Shown: piece after piece, positions 1 through 11,682 of the stretch
How positions within the stretch are numbered: position 1 is the stretch's first letter
How the letters are laid out: each line of letters opens with the position of its first letter
Origin: Nitrospirota bacterium
GTDB taxonomy: Bacteria > Nitrospirota > UBA9217
Reading direction: 5' to 3'
NCBI GenBank assembly: GCA_963741205.1
Contig: CAVUHW010000020.1
Coordinates: 293,744 to 357,743 of the forward strand
DNA: 64,000 nt
The notes under the pieces: model-generated
What the model was told of the DNA's origin: nothing
Databases searched by the model: none
Seen by the model: only the letters and a program-made list of their open reading frames with translations
Made by a program: the position numbers and the translations under genes

Positions 1-519
1 GGGCTTTACTCGAGCAGGATGGCGGAAGCTCTCAACATGCCCTCCGATTTCATCGAAACGCTGACCTTCGCGAGCCCCATGCACGACCTGGGGAAGATCG
101 GCATTCCCGACAGCATCCTGCTGAAACCAGGCGCCCTGACGAAGGAAGAATTCGAAATCATGAAGACCCATACTTCGATCGGCCAAAAGATGCTTGTCGG
201 GTCATCCTATCCGGGAATCCAGATTGCCTCGTCCGTAGCGTTGTTCCACCACGAGCGGTGGGACGGCAACGGGTACCCGAACGGGCTCAAGGGAGAAGAG
301 ATCCCGATCGAAGCCAGGATCGTCATGCTCGTGGACCAGTATGACGCCCTCAGGAGCAAGAGACCGTACAAGCCTGCGTTCGATCACGAGAAGACCTGTA
401 AGATAATCACCGAAGGAGACGGAAGGACGATGCCGGAGCATTTTGATCCGACTGTATTAAAGGCCTTTACGAAGGTCTCTCCCCTGTTCAACGAAATTTT
501 CGAATCCCACCGGGACTAG
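1..519 (+). CDS. HD-GYP domain phosphodiesterase (5' partial)
   Basis: [22 protein letters not shown] motifs; frame runs to the window edge. Confidence 0.9.
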   Translation, partial: GLYSSRMAEALNMPSDFIETLTFASPMHDLGKIGIPDSILLKPGALTKEEFEIMKTHTSIGQKMLVGSSYPGIQIASSVALFHHERWDGNGYPNGLKGEEIPIEARIVMLVDQYDALRSKRPYKPAFDHEKTCKIITEGDGRTMPEHFDPTVLKAFTKVSPLFNEIFESHRD

Positions 520-623
520 TGCCGCCCGGGCGGCACGATGAGCCGTTGTCCCCACGTCCGCCCGGAATCCACGCCCCATTTTCCATCAAATTCCCCTCGG
601 TAACTGCGCTCGATGACGATTGC

Positions 624-652
624 TTGATTTATCTTCCGTTTTATATTATAGT
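624..652 (+). promoter_or_regulatory. sigma70-like promoter, likely leaderless
   Basis: TTGATT-N17-TATAGT, ATG 5 nt downstream, no SD. Confidence 0.55.
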
Positions 653-657
653 TTCGC

Positions 658-1146
658 ATGCTTGATAAAATAAAGACCGTCGTTCATCTTCTTCCCCTCC
701 TTGCTATCAGTCGCGCCGCGGGAAAGAAGATCGTTTTTACGAATGGTTGTTTCGACATTCTCCACACCGGCCATACTCGCTATCTTGAGAAAGCCAGATC
801 GCTCGGCGACGTACTCATCGTTGCTGTGAACAGCGACGCGTCGGTGCGCGCAATCAAGGGAGAAAAAAGGCCGATCAATTCCGAAGCCGAAAGGATGGAG
901 ACCCTGGCCGCCCTTGAATGCGTGGACTACGTCACGATCTTCAGCGAACCGGATCCTCACCGAATCATTTCCGAACTCCAGCCCGATGTTCTGGTCAAGG
1001 GCGGCGACTGGCCAATTGAAAAAATCATCGGGAGAGATGTGGTTGAAGCGCGAGGGGGAAAAGTCGTAAACATACCGTATATCGATGGCGCATCGACAAC
1101 CGGCATTATTCAGAAAATCGTTGAGAAATACGGAAAGGAAAGATGA
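658..1146 (+). CDS. hldC: D-glycero-beta-D-manno-heptose 1-phosphate adenylyltransferase
   Basis: [27 protein letters not shown] motifs of RfaE domain II. Confidence 0.9.
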   Translation: MLDKIKTVVHLLPLLAISRAAGKKIVFTNGCFDILHTGHTRYLEKARSLGDVLIVAVNSDASVRAIKGEKRPINSEAERMETLAALECVDYVTIFSEPDPHRIISELQPDVLVKGGDWPIEKIIGRDVVEARGGKVVNIPYIDGASTTGIIQKIVEKYGKER

Positions 1147-1218
1147 GGAAATAACGTCATGTGACGAGGATGCTCTTGAAGAGATCGGTCGAATCATGGG
1201 AGTAGGATTTCACCCCCT

Positions 1219-1932
1219 ATGCGAATAACGCGTCGGACAATACTAATGATTCTCTTGACGGCAGTATTGACTGCAGGTGCCGCCATACTCGCTCTAGGGC
1301 CCGGCTCCTCCCATCATATATTCAATCATCCTGTAACACTTTTTGATGTCATGATCGTGATTGTTCTCGTGTCGTCAATATTGGCAGCGTTCGCCCTGCT
1401 GCTCGTTCCGGAGACCAGCGACCCCCATCAAAAACTGAGTCAGGCTGCAATGCTGTTTCACAAGCGAACCCGCCCCGTGGCAGCGGAACGACTTATCAGA
1501 GAGGCCATCTATATTTTCAAACAGAATAACGATCAACTGGGTCTTGCTGCGGCATACCAAATCTACGGATTCTTTTTTCGGTCCGCTTCAATTAAAAAGT
1601 GGCGGAAAACATATCGCGAAAGCGGTTTTTTCGACAAAAGCGCTGACTATGACTACCGATTGCTAAAATCGCTTGAGTATTTCGAGAAAGCCAAGGCCAT
1701 ATTTATGGAAAATAATAACTATGAAGGGCTGACAAATGTCAATTACAATTTAGGCGTCACTTACGAATACATGAACAATGTTTTCCTTGCCTGTCAGGCA
1801 TACGACGAGAGCCTGAGCTGTTATAGAAATAATCTCCGGCAAAATCCGCAGAAAACGGGGGCTGAAGCAAGCGGATTTTCGGACTTCGAAAAAGTTGTGG
1901 ACTCCTGTAAGAGGAGGGCCGGGTGTAAATAG
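1219..1932 (+). CDS. membrane-anchored TPR-like protein
   Basis: two N-terminal hydrophobic segments; TPR-like YNLGVTY...AYDESL. Confidence 0.6.
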   Translation: MRITRRTILMILLTAVLTAGAAILALGPGSSHHIFNHPVTLFDVMIVIVLVSSILAAFALLLVPETSDPHQKLSQAAMLFHKRTRPVAAERLIREAIYIFKQNNDQLGLAAAYQIYGFFFRSASIKKWRKTYRESGFFDKSADYDYRLLKSLEYFEKAKAIFMENNNYEGLTNVNYNLGVTYEYMNNVFLACQAYDESLSCYRNNLRQNPQKTGAEASGFSDFEKVVDSCKRRAGCK

Positions 1933-2074
1933 CAGCCTTTAACCTCATTGCAGCGGGAAAGCTTCTTAAGAACAATTGCGTTACCTCGTGTTCAGCCCAT
2001 AAAACTGGCGCTCATCAATGAACGCGGGACATCATGAAGGCAAAGATACAAGGGCTGTCATTCGAGGCGTGACC

Positions 2075-3835
2075 ATGCCAATCTCCGATGGGACCGATTC
2101 AAATAATCATGAGTCCTCCCCTGCTTTGTTCCGTCAACTTATCGCAGATGAGTGGGATTTTCGCATGCGGGAAGACCCCTTATTCGCGACTATGACCGGT
2201 GACCACCGCTTCGACGACCGGCTGCCCGGCCTTTCCGAAGCGGACTTCTCGCGGCGGCTTGATCGCATGATCGAGTTTCGTTCTCGGCAAAAAGAGATCG
2301 ATCGCGGCCTCCTCACCCCCGCAGAGCAGATTAATTATGATATTTTCTCCGGTCTTCTCGACCGGGAAATCGCCGAACTCCGGTTCCATGCCTACCGGAT
2401 GCCCGTCACGAAAATTGACGGCTACCACGCCCTCTTCCCCCAATTGCCCCAGTTCATACCGCTTGAATCTTCCTCGGACTATGATAACTACATCGCCCGC
2501 CTGCGCGCATTCCCCCGGCTCGCGGACGATCTCATTGATGTCATGCGGATGGGACTACGCAATGGGCAGGTGCCGCCGCGCGTGACCCTGGACACCGTGG
2601 TTGATCAACTAAGGACTCATATCGTTGACGAACCGGTTCACAGCCGACTCTATAAACCCTTTGTGCGATTTCCGCGAGCGGTCCGGCAGGCAGACGGAGA
2701 ACGTCTCGCCGCGGAAGGCCGGTCGGCGATCATGCAGGCCGTCGTACCCGGGTATCAGGCGCTGCTAAAATTTTTCGAGGAAGAGTACCTTCCGGCGGCT
2801 AGGACTGATATCGCCGCTGCCAACCTTCCTGACGGCCGCGCCTTTTATGCCCATCGCATCCGCTACCATACCACGCTCGATCTGTCTCCGGACGCGGTGC
2901 ACGCAACCGGTTTGGCAGAGGTCGAACGGATACGAGGAGAGATGGAGGACGTCATCCGGAAGACCGATTTCAAGGGATTTTTCCGGGAGTTCGTGGAATT
3001 CCTGCGCGTTGATTCCCGCTTTTATGTCGCTACGCCGGAGAAATTGATGAAGGAGGCGTCGTACATCCTCAAGCGCATGGACGGCGAGCTGCCACGGTTG
3101 TTCAAGACTTTGCCGCGCATGCCTTACGGCCTCCGCGCCATGCCCGAGGAGATATCACCGGGCAATACCACGGCCCGCTACTGGCCGCCGACGGGCGACG
3201 GAACGCATGCCGGCGTTTTCTTTGTCAACACCTACGACTTGAAGAGCCGCCCGCTGTACGAACTGGAGGCGCTGTCCCTGCATGAGGCGGTGCCGGGCCA
3301 TCACCTGCAGCTTGCGCTCCAGAGGGAATCGGATGAACTCCCCAATTTCCGCCGCTTCGGCGATTTCACGGCCTTTGTCGAGGGATGGGCGCTTTATGCC
3401 GAGCGACTGGGGCTGGAGGTCGGCTTCTACGAAGATCTATACAGCGACTTCGGCAGGCTCAGCTTCGAGATGTGGCGCGCTTGCCGTCTGGTCGTGGACA
3501 CGGGCATGCACAGCCTCGGCTGGACGCGCGGGCAGGCCATTGACTACCTGGTTGACCGTACGGCGCAGACTTTTTTGAACATCACAAACGAGGTCGACCG
3601 CTATATCGCGTGGCCCGGCCAGGCCCTGGCCTACAAGACGGGGGAAATGAAGATCCGGGAACTTCGCAGGCGGGCGGAAGATGCGCTCGGGCAGCGCTTC
3701 GATGTGCGCGAATTTCATGACGCGGTCCTCAGAAACGGCGCCGTGCCGCTCGGAGTACTTGATAAGCTCATCACGAACTGGATTAAACTGCATGATCCGG
3801 ACACCGGAAGCCGGAGTAAAGACGAACGGACCTGA
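2075..3835 (+). CDS. DUF885 family putative metallopeptidase
   Basis: HEAVPGHHLQ, EGWALYAE, PGQALAYK motifs. Confidence 0.9.
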   Translation: MPISDGTDSNNHESSPALFRQLIADEWDFRMREDPLFATMTGDHRFDDRLPGLSEADFSRRLDRMIEFRSRQKEIDRGLLTPAEQINYDIFSGLLDREIAELRFHAYRMPVTKIDGYHALFPQLPQFIPLESSSDYDNYIARLRAFPRLADDLIDVMRMGLRNGQVPPRVTLDTVVDQLRTHIVDEPVHSRLYKPFVRFPRAVRQADGERLAAEGRSAIMQAVVPGYQALLKFFEEEYLPAARTDIAAANLPDGRAFYAHRIRYHTTLDLSPDAVHATGLAEVERIRGEMEDVIRKTDFKGFFREFVEFLRVDSRFYVATPEKLMKEASYILKRMDGELPRLFKTLPRMPYGLRAMPEEISPGNTTARYWPPTGDGTHAGVFFVNTYDLKSRPLYELEALSLHEAVPGHHLQLALQRESDELPNFRRFGDFTAFVEGWALYAERLGLEVGFYEDLYSDFGRLSFEMWRACRLVVDTGMHSLGWTRGQAIDYLVDRTAQTFLNITNEVDRYIAWPGQALAYKTGEMKIRELRRRAEDALGQRFDVREFHDAVLRNGAVPLGVLDKLITNWIKLHDPDTGSRSKDERT

Positions 3836-5419
3836 TGACAATCCCTGCCAATACCGACGTGCTCATCGTAGGCGCCGGCCCGACCGGGCTTATGCTCGGC
3901 ATTCAACTGGCCAGGCGCGGCGTGCGCGCCCTGATCGTGGACCGCAATCCCGGCCCATCTGTCTACAGCAAGGCCCTCGGCGTACATGCACGCTCCCTTG
4001 AAATTTATTCGCATCTCGGGATTGCCGACCGGGCGATCGAGTTGGGTATACGCGCAGCAGCCGCCAACCTCTGGGTCGAAGGCCGCCGCGCCGCACGCGT
4101 GCCTCTCGGCGATATCGGCCGCGACCTGAGTCCCTACCCCTTTCTTCTTATATTGGCGCAGGACAGCAATGAACAACTGCTCGGTGAGGTCTTGCACGGC
4201 CTGGGTACGGAGGTCTCCTGGAATACCGAGCTTGTCGGTCTCAAGCAGCAGCCCGAAACGTCATCGGCAACGCTGAGACTGGCGGACGGCTCGACCCGCG
4301 AGCTCGAGGCGCGATGGATAGCTGGCTGCGACGGCCCGCACAGCGCTGTTCGGAACCTCTGCGGTATCGACTTCCCCGGCGCGCCCTACGAGCACGTGTT
4401 TTATGTCGCCGACACGACAATGACCGGTCCCATGGCGCCTTCCGAGCTCAACATCTACCTGCGGCGCAACGGGTTTAACATTTTCTTCCCGATGCGCGGG
4501 CAGGACCGCTGGCGGATCGTTGGTATCCTTCCTCAGGACCTGAACAGCAGGGATGATCTGGCATTCGAGGCCGTAGCCCCGTCGATCCGCGAGCAGGTGG
4601 GCTCTTCTCTTGTGTTTCAGGAATGCCGCTGGTTTTCAACCTACCGCATCCATCATCGCCGGGCCGAACGGTTTCGAGACCGCAGATGCTTCCTGCTCGG
4701 CGACGCGGCTCACATCCACAGCCCCGTCGGCGGCCAGGGTATGAACACCGGCCTGCAGGACGCATATAACCTGGCGTGGAAGCTTGCCCTCGTCATAAGA
4801 GGACGGGCCGAAGAGGCTCTGCTCGACTCCTATGAGGCGGAACGCCTGCCAAACGCCATACGACTGCTCAGGACAACGGACCGGGCGTTCTCGTTCGTCG
4901 TCTCCAGCCAATGGCTTGCGGGGACCTTTCGCATCCGGGTGCTCGGCAGGGCCGTCGCCTTCGCAATGGGCCGCGACCGCATGCGAAAGTTCGTATTCCG
5001 CACCATTTCCCAGATCGGCATCAACTACCCCGCGAGCATCCTCTCGGAGACACTTCCGGGCCTGCCCGAAGATGCGCCGCAGGCGGGAGACCGCTTCCCC
5101 TGGCTTCATCTCAAGTTCTCTCCGGACGCTCCTGCCGTGGACTTGTTCGCGAGGCTCGATGATACACGCTTCAATTTCATCGTGATCGGGCAGTCATTCT
5201 CTTCCCGAAGAACCGCCGGAGCTCGCCGGTCTCCTCGTTACCCACCGAGTACCCGACGACCCGGCCAATGACCGGGAACTCGCACGCTTCCGGATACCGC
5301 AGCCGTCCTTTTATCTTCTGCGGCCTGACGGCCACATCGGGCTCGCCGGAACGAAGCTGGATGCTTCTTTACTACGCCGGTATCTTGAGGGGAGCCTGCA
5401 TCTCCGAAGAGCTGGCTGA
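3835..5419 (+). CDS. FAD-dependent monooxygenase (frameshift near 5200)
   Basis: GAGPTG, GCDG, GDAAHIHSPVGGQGMNTG; C-terminal LLRPDGHIG in another frame, ending TGA 5419. Confidence 0.85.
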
Positions 5420-5461
5420 CCTCCTCGAGCGAGATAAGCTTCGCGCCTTCTCCGCAAGATG

Positions 5462-5927
5462 CTAGACGGTCATCTCCGGCACGATCATCCACTCCATGGC
5501 CCATCTCCCGTCGTCGGATCGCTTTATGCAGACGAGCCCTCCCATCTTGAAGTCCACGAACATCTTCTCTTTGTCCCCACAGAGAAGCAACCCGGCAAGC
5601 TTCGCCAGGTAGGGAAGGTGGCCCACGAGCATGATGTCTTCGTTCATTTCAGCGACGCGCTTCGACCAGGCGGCAGGGTCATCCAGGGGCGCGAGGTTAT
5701 CGGTCGCCGTCACGCCCTTCTCCGGCTTCAGATAGTCCGCAAGCACCTTCGCGGTCTGTGCGGCCCTTTTCTTTCCGCTGTGATAATATGGCGCTTACCC
5801 TGACACCGAGTTTCTGGGCATACACGGCGGTCCTCGCAATATCCCTGAAACCTTTGTCGGTCAGTCCCCTCTCCGGGTCTTCCTCCACCTTCTTCGCCTC
5901 GGCATGCTGGACAAGATAGAGCAGCAT
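5462..5927 (-). CDS. sixA: phosphohistidine phosphatase SixA (frameshift near 5775)
   Basis: LYLVQHAEAK..ERGLT N-terminus and MLVGHLP in a second frame. Confidence 0.85.
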
Positions 5928-6049
5928 GAACATCACCTCCTGTGCATCGCACCGATTGTGCTCCTGAGATAGTATAATTATATCGTAGCAGCTGAGGAAC
6001 CCTGATATGCGCGATCGAAATGCAAAACGAGCAAAGGAGGCTTCAGAGC

Positions 6050-7774
6050 ATGAGACCCCATGACATCCTGCCGCTGGCCGTCCCGCTGGTCGGGTTCTTC
6101 CTGCTTTTTTCCAATGTCCAAGCTGAAAATAAAAACAAGCCTTCCGGTCCTGAACAGTGGGACAGGTTCGTCCAGGATTTCATCGAATCGTTCTTTACCG
6201 CCCACCCGGATGCAGCCGTTTTTGCGGGTCGTCATGAGTTCGACGGCAAGCTTCCTGACTGGAGCCGGGCCGGTCTGGATCGGGAAGGCCGGCGTCTTCG
6301 CGCCGAGCGGGAACGTGCGCTGTCCTTTAATCCCGCGGACCTCGATGAACGACGGCGCTTCGAGCGCGAGTACCTGACGGCGGTCGTAGACGGGAAATTA
6401 TTCTGGCTGACCTCTGCGGGATGGCCGTACAGGAACCCGGTCTTTTACGAACGCGCCCTTGATCCCAATGTGTACCTCATGCGCGAATATGCGCCTTTGG
6501 CAAAACGCATGGCCGCCTACATCAGGTATGCGAAGGCGGTCCCTCTTGCTACCAGGCAGATTCGAGACAATCTGCGGCCGCCGCTTCCCCGGCACTATCT
6601 CTCTATCGGACGCACTATCTTCGCCGGCTTGGCATCGTATTATGAGAAGGACGTACCCGCGGCCTTTTCTCCGGTGAACGACCTGAAGTTGCAGAGGGAC
6701 TTCCGAGCGGCCAATGAAACGGCGATACAGGCGATGAAAGAGCTTGTGGTCGGGATTGAAAGCCTGGAGGCCTCCGCAACCGAAGATTTTGCACTGGGAG
6801 CCGAGCGGCTTCGTGAAATGCTGTGGACGACAGAAAGGATCGACGCCTCGCTTGAAAGCCTTGAGACGACGGCCAGGCAGGACTTGGAGCGCAATACGGC
6901 GGCTCTGCGCCAAGCCTGTGCCGAGTTCGCTCCCGGGAAGACGATTCCGGAGTGCATTGCGCTGGTGCAGGGGAAAAAACCGGAGGGCGGGGCGGTTGCC
7001 GAGGCGCAGCAGCAACTCTCCCTGCTCAAGACGTTCATCCGGGAAAAGGACCTCGTCTCGATCCCCGGCGAGGAGGAAGCACGCGTCGCGGAGTCCCCGC
7101 CCTACAAGCGCTGGAATCTCGCCTATATCGATATCCCCGGTCCCTATGAGAAAGGGCTGCCCTCAACTTACTATATAGCGCCTCCGAACCCATCCTGGTC
7201 GGCGGCGGAGCGCGATGCGTATGTCCCGGGCAGGACGAACCTCTTGTTTGTATCTGTCCATGAGGTCTGGCCCGGCCACTTCCTGCAGTTTCTCCACGCG
7301 CACCGGACGCCATCGAAGTTCAGCCAGGTCTTCGTCGGTTACGCCTATTCGGAAGGATGGGCGCACTACACCGAGGAGATGATGTGGGAGGCAGGCCTCG
7401 GCAAGGGGGCCCCGGAGGTACACATCGGCCAGCTCATGAACGCCCTGCTCCGTGACGTGCGGTTCATTTCCGCACTGGGTTTACATACCGGACGCATGAC
7501 GGTGGCGGAATCGGAGAGGATGTTCCGTGAGTCCGCCTGCGAAGACCCGGGTAACGCCAGACAGCAGGCTGAACGGGGCGCCTTCGATCCCGCCTATCTG
7601 AACTACACCGTCGGCAAGCTCATGATCCGCAAGCTGCGGGACGACTGGACGTCGTCGCGGGGGGGACGTCAGGCGTGGCGCGCATTCCACGACCGATTCC
7701 TTTCATACGGCGGGCCTCCGATCCCGCTCGTCCGCACCCAAATGATGGGCAAGGATGCGGGACCGCTTTTTTGA
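6050..7774 (+). CDS. secreted DUF885 family protein
   Basis: signal peptide, HEVWPGHFLQ, EGWAHYTE; SD AAGGAGG. Confidence 0.85.
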   Translation: MRPHDILPLAVPLVGFFLLFSNVQAENKNKPSGPEQWDRFVQDFIESFFTAHPDAAVFAGRHEFDGKLPDWSRAGLDREGRRLRAERERALSFNPADLDERRRFEREYLTAVVDGKLFWLTSAGWPYRNPVFYERALDPNVYLMREYAPLAKRMAAYIRYAKAVPLATRQIRDNLRPPLPRHYLSIGRTIFAGLASYYEKDVPAAFSPVNDLKLQRDFRAANETAIQAMKELVVGIESLEASATEDFALGAERLREMLWTTERIDASLESLETTARQDLERNTAALRQACAEFAPGKTIPECIALVQGKKPEGGAVAEAQQQLSLLKTFIREKDLVSIPGEEEARVAESPPYKRWNLAYIDIPGPYEKGLPSTYYIAPPNPSWSAAERDAYVPGRTNLLFVSVHEVWPGHFLQFLHAHRTPSKFSQVFVGYAYSEGWAHYTEEMMWEAGLGKGAPEVHIGQLMNALLRDVRFISALGLHTGRMTVAESERMFRESACEDPGNARQQAERGAFDPAYLNYTVGKLMIRKLRDDWTSSRGGRQAWRAFHDRFLSYGGPPIPLVRTQMMGKDAGPLF

Positions 7775-7867
7775 GTGATAACGGGACTGCCCAGTACCAA
7801 TTCTCTCGCAAAGTCGCCAGAGAAACCTTTACAAGGAATTCGTTGGTGAAGCCCATAGCCTCTTTTA

Positions 7868-7935
7868 GTAATCCGGGCTTGACCGGAATCCATCGGCCCT
7901 CGATACAAAAATGAATTCCCTTTCGCAGGAATGAC
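7868..7935. repeat. degenerate paired REP-like palindrome
   Basis: GTAATCCGGGCTTGACCGGAATCCA ... TGAATTCCCTTTCGCAGGAATGAC; two short hairpins in inverted arrangement. Confidence 0.5.
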
Positions 7936-8025
7936 AAGGAGACCCAACCCGGTTAACCTTTCAATGCGTAATATGCGAGCTTGCGCGAGACGCACTGCTT
8001 CTCGCCGAGATACGAAAACCATGAA

Positions 8026-8706
8026 ATGGCCCGACGACCATTCACGATCGACCAGGCGCGCGATCTCCAGCTCCGGCTCCGGAAAATAGTCAGGATCGCC
8101 CCCCTCAAAAAAGAGCCGAGATACATTGCGGGCGTGGACGCGGCTTTCTCTGATGACGCCGTCTTCGCCGCGTCATGCCTTTATCTTTTCCCGGAACTGG
8201 CCCTGCTTGAAGAAAGTTTTGCCGTCAAACAACTTTCGTTTCCCTACGTTCCGGGCTACCTGGCTTTTCGGGAAGGACCCGCAATCATGGCCGCACTCGA
8301 ACAGTTGCCGCGAAAGCCTGACCTCATCCTGGTCGACGGACAGGGAATTGCCCATCCCCGCGGCATGGGGATCGCCTCGTATCTCGGAGTGCTGTCAGGC
8401 ATTCCCTCGATCGGCTGCGCCAAGTCGAGACTGGTCGGCGAGCACGACGAGCCGCGTAGAAAAAAAGGCGACTGGTCGCCGCTCCGGTTCGACGGCAAAA
8501 CCATCGGCGCGGTCTTAAGAACACGGGACAATACCCGGCCCCTCTTCATCTCTCCCGGCCACAAGACCGACCTTGACAGCTCGATCCGCCTAACCCTTGC
8601 CTGCACCGGCGCCTTTCGCATTCCCGAGCCGATCAGATGCGCGGACATGTTTTCAAAAAAAATAAAAAATAGGGAGCTGTTTCGTCGGAATGGGGATGTC
8701 GCTTAA
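8026..8706 (+). CDS. nfi: endonuclease V
   Basis: AGVD, PYVPGYLAFRE, VDGQGIAHPRGMGIA, IGCAKS, FISPGH. Confidence 0.93.
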   Translation: MARRPFTIDQARDLQLRLRKIVRIAPLKKEPRYIAGVDAAFSDDAVFAASCLYLFPELALLEESFAVKQLSFPYVPGYLAFREGPAIMAALEQLPRKPDLILVDGQGIAHPRGMGIASYLGVLSGIPSIGCAKSRLVGEHDEPRRKKGDWSPLRFDGKTIGAVLRTRDNTRPLFISPGHKTDLDSSIRLTLACTGAFRIPEPIRCADMFSKKIKNRELFRRNGDVA

Positions 8707-8743
8707 ATTCGAAGATCTCCTGCAAGGACCGTCGTCAAGCCCT

Positions 8744-9277
8744 TCATTCAGCCAAGTCGGCTTCCACATCAAGAAAGAGCTGCACCTCTTTTCCCGCGAC
8801 CAATCCGCCTCCTTCCATCAGTTCGCTTCCCCACATGATGCCGAAGTCCTCGCGGTCTATCGTCGTGGAACCGGAAAAACCCAGGGTCATTTCGCCGCCG
8901 TAGGGGGTCTTACGCGGCCCGGCATACTCCCCCTCGAACGTGACCTGCCGCGTCGTACCGTGGATCGTCAATTTGCCGTTCACCCGGCAGCGGTTGCCGT
9001 CGAGAAATTCGACTGACTCGCTTGAAAACTTGATCGTCGGATATTTCCCCTGGTCGAAAAAGTCTCCGGTCAGCAGATGCGCGTCCCGGTTTTTGTTCCC
9101 CGTCATAACGCTTGAGACGTCGATTTCAACGTCAACGGAAACGTGCGAACGGTCAGCAGGATCATAATGGATCGCCCCCTGCATCTTCGTGAACTGGCCT
9201 CGAACATTGGCGAGGGCCATATGCCGGATCGCAAAAGCCGCGCAGGAATGGTTCGGATCAATCGTCCAGATAGCCAT
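8744..9277 (-). CDS. YceI family protein
   Basis: WTIDPNHS, RDAHL..DFFD..KYP, IDREDFG. Confidence 0.9.
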   Translation of the reverse strand: MAIWTIDPNHSCAAFAIRHMALANVRGQFTKMQGAIHYDPADRSHVSVDVEIDVSSVMTGNKNRDAHLLTGDFFDQGKYPTIKFSSESVEFLDGNRCRVNGKLTIHGTTRQVTFEGEYAGPRKTPYGGEMTLGFSGSTTIDREDFGIMWGSELMEGGGLVAGKEVQLFLDVEADLAE

Positions 9278-9448
9278 AAGATTCCCTCCTCTCAAACTGC
9301 CTCTGTAGCAATTATACAGATTTTCCCTGCGCCCCACGCTGATAATTGACCTATTAAAAATGTTTTTTTTGCGTTCTTCCCTATTGCGAAACGATAGACA
9401 GAGATTTATAATAGGGCGACAATTTCGGCGAAAGGCGGGACTTAAGCG

Positions 9449-10550
9449 GTGCGCATCAAAAGCAGTCGCACTCATCTCCGGCGGGCTGGACAGCGTGCTG
9501 GCGGCCAAGGTGATCATGGAACAGGGTTTCGATGTCCTCGGGCTCTATTTTACCTCCGCCTTTTCCAAGAACTACGGCAAAGAGCAGGATACGCACGCGG
9601 CCCACGTCTCCAAGGCCATCGGCATCGACCTTCGCGTCATCGACATGGGGCAGGCTTACATCGATCTGGTCCGTAACCCCGTTCACGGCTATGGTAAAAA
9701 CGTGAACCCCTGCATCGACTGCAAGATCTTCATGCTCAAGTACGCCAAGGCTGTCATGCAGGAAATAAAGGCCCCGTTCGCGGTCACCGGCGAGGTCCTG
9801 GGCCAACGCCCGATGTCGCAGCGGCGAGATACCTTGCACGTTATCGAGCGCGACTGCGATATGCGGGGTCTGATCGTTCGTCCCCTCTCCGCAACGCTCC
9901 TGCCTCCCACCAAGGCCGAGCAGGACGGGCTGATCCAGCGGGACAAGCTCCTGGGCATCAGCGGCCGGTCCCGCACGGTCCAACTGCAGCTTGCGGAACG
10001 CTATGGCATCCGCGGTTACTCCACCCCTGCCGGCGGATGCCTGCTCACGGACAAGAACTTCTCCGAAAAACTTCGCGACCTGTTTGAAGACCAGCGGGCC
10101 GTCAACTCCGACGACATCCGACTTTTGACCGTCGGCCGTCATTTCCGGATCGACCGGGGGATCAAGATCGTCCTCGGACGCGACAACAAAGAGAACACCA
10201 TGCTCATGTCGCTGGCGCAGAACGGGTATCATCTGTTCACGCCCCATGGTTTCCCCGGGCCCGTGGCCCTGCTGCAAGGAGATCCCTCACAGGATACCAG
10301 GCAAACCATCGGGAGACTGATAATCACTTACAGCAAGCGCGTCCCTGGCCGTAAATACCGCATCCAGCACGGCAACGAGGTCTTCGACCCCGGGGAACCG
10401 CTGCCTATCAACGGATCACCGCTCCGGCGGCTCGGGGCGGACAGTATAGCAATTTCCTTCCGCCTGGCTTCATCATCTCCCTGCACCTACCCTTTTACCG
10501 GCATCGCGCTTGTCGGTTCGAGTGTCCCGCCTTTCCCCGTGCCATGCTAA
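9449..10550 (+). CDS. ThiI/MnmA-like PP-loop tRNA thiouridylase (probable 5' frameshift)
   Basis: SGGLDS, CIDCK, GEVLGQRPMSQ, PAGGCLLTD. Confidence 0.75.
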
Positions 10551-10595
10551 AATAGGAGCAGGTCCTTCCCATCACCCATCTCAATCGAGGAGCAT

Positions 10596-11682
10596 ATGCC
10601 GGGTCTATCAATGAAGGCGGTGCAGGAATATCTCGAATCCCTTTACAACCAACCGGTGCGGCTTTTGTCCATGACGACACGGGGCTCGCAGGAGGAGGGA
10701 GACGACCTGAAGGGGTTCGGATACGGCTCGCCGTTGTTCATTGAATATCGAGATCGCCGAAGGCCGGAGAAAGGCCGTGTTGGAGACCATGGCGCCTTCC
10801 ACGTTCGGACACGATCATTTTTCAGACCGCGCCCAAACCATCCTGTGGGAGCACTCGGCGTTCAACGACCTGCCGCGCCATGTTCGCTCCCTGGACAGCG
10901 GCGCATTTCTCGATTCCGGCGGATGATCTCGACGGGGAAGGCGCAGGAGTTTTTTCTGCTCACCGAATTTGCGGACGGCTCCGGGTATTTCAAGGACCTG
11001 GAGCGGATCCGGGACACGGGCGCGGCTGAAGAAGCCGATCTCCTGAGGGTCCTGGCCTTGTCGGACTATCTCGTCGAGATTCACCGGAAAAAAACCGATG
11101 TCCCCGGGCTCTACGTCCGGCGCATCCGCGACCTCCTCGGCCACGGTGAATGCATCATGGGGATCATCGACAGCTATCCGGAGGCGTTTGACTTCATCAA
11201 CGCACCGCTCCTCGAACAGATCGAACGGGCATGCGTCGCATGGCGCTGGCAGATAAAGCGACCGGACGCACCGCCTCTGCCAGGTCCACGGAGACTTCCA
11301 TCCCTGGAATGTGCTCTTCCGCGCAGGGACGGACTTCTCGGTGCTTGACCGCTCGCGGGGCGAATGGGGCGAGCCGGCTGATGACACCGCCACAATGAGC
11401 ATCAACTATCTGTTCTTTTCCCTCCAGCGCTCCGGCAGGTTCGAGGGCGCATTCGAGAAATTGTTCACGGTCTTCTGGGACAACTACCTCGAAAAAACAG
11501 GCGACCGCGAGATGCTGGAGGTTATTGCGCCTTTCTTTGCCTTTCGGGGCCTGGTGATCGCCAGCCCGCTTTGGTATCCGCACCTCCCCTCTGTTCTCAG
11601 AAAAACCGTTTTCACCTTCATTCAGAACGTCCTCGGCGCGGGAAGCTTCGACCCGGGAGACATGAACAGGTATCTCCGATGA
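10596..11682 (+). CDS. aminoglycoside phosphotransferase-like kinase (about 3 frameshifts)
   Basis: segments join across frames; VHGDFHPWN and LDRSRGEWGEPADD motifs. Confidence 0.7.
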
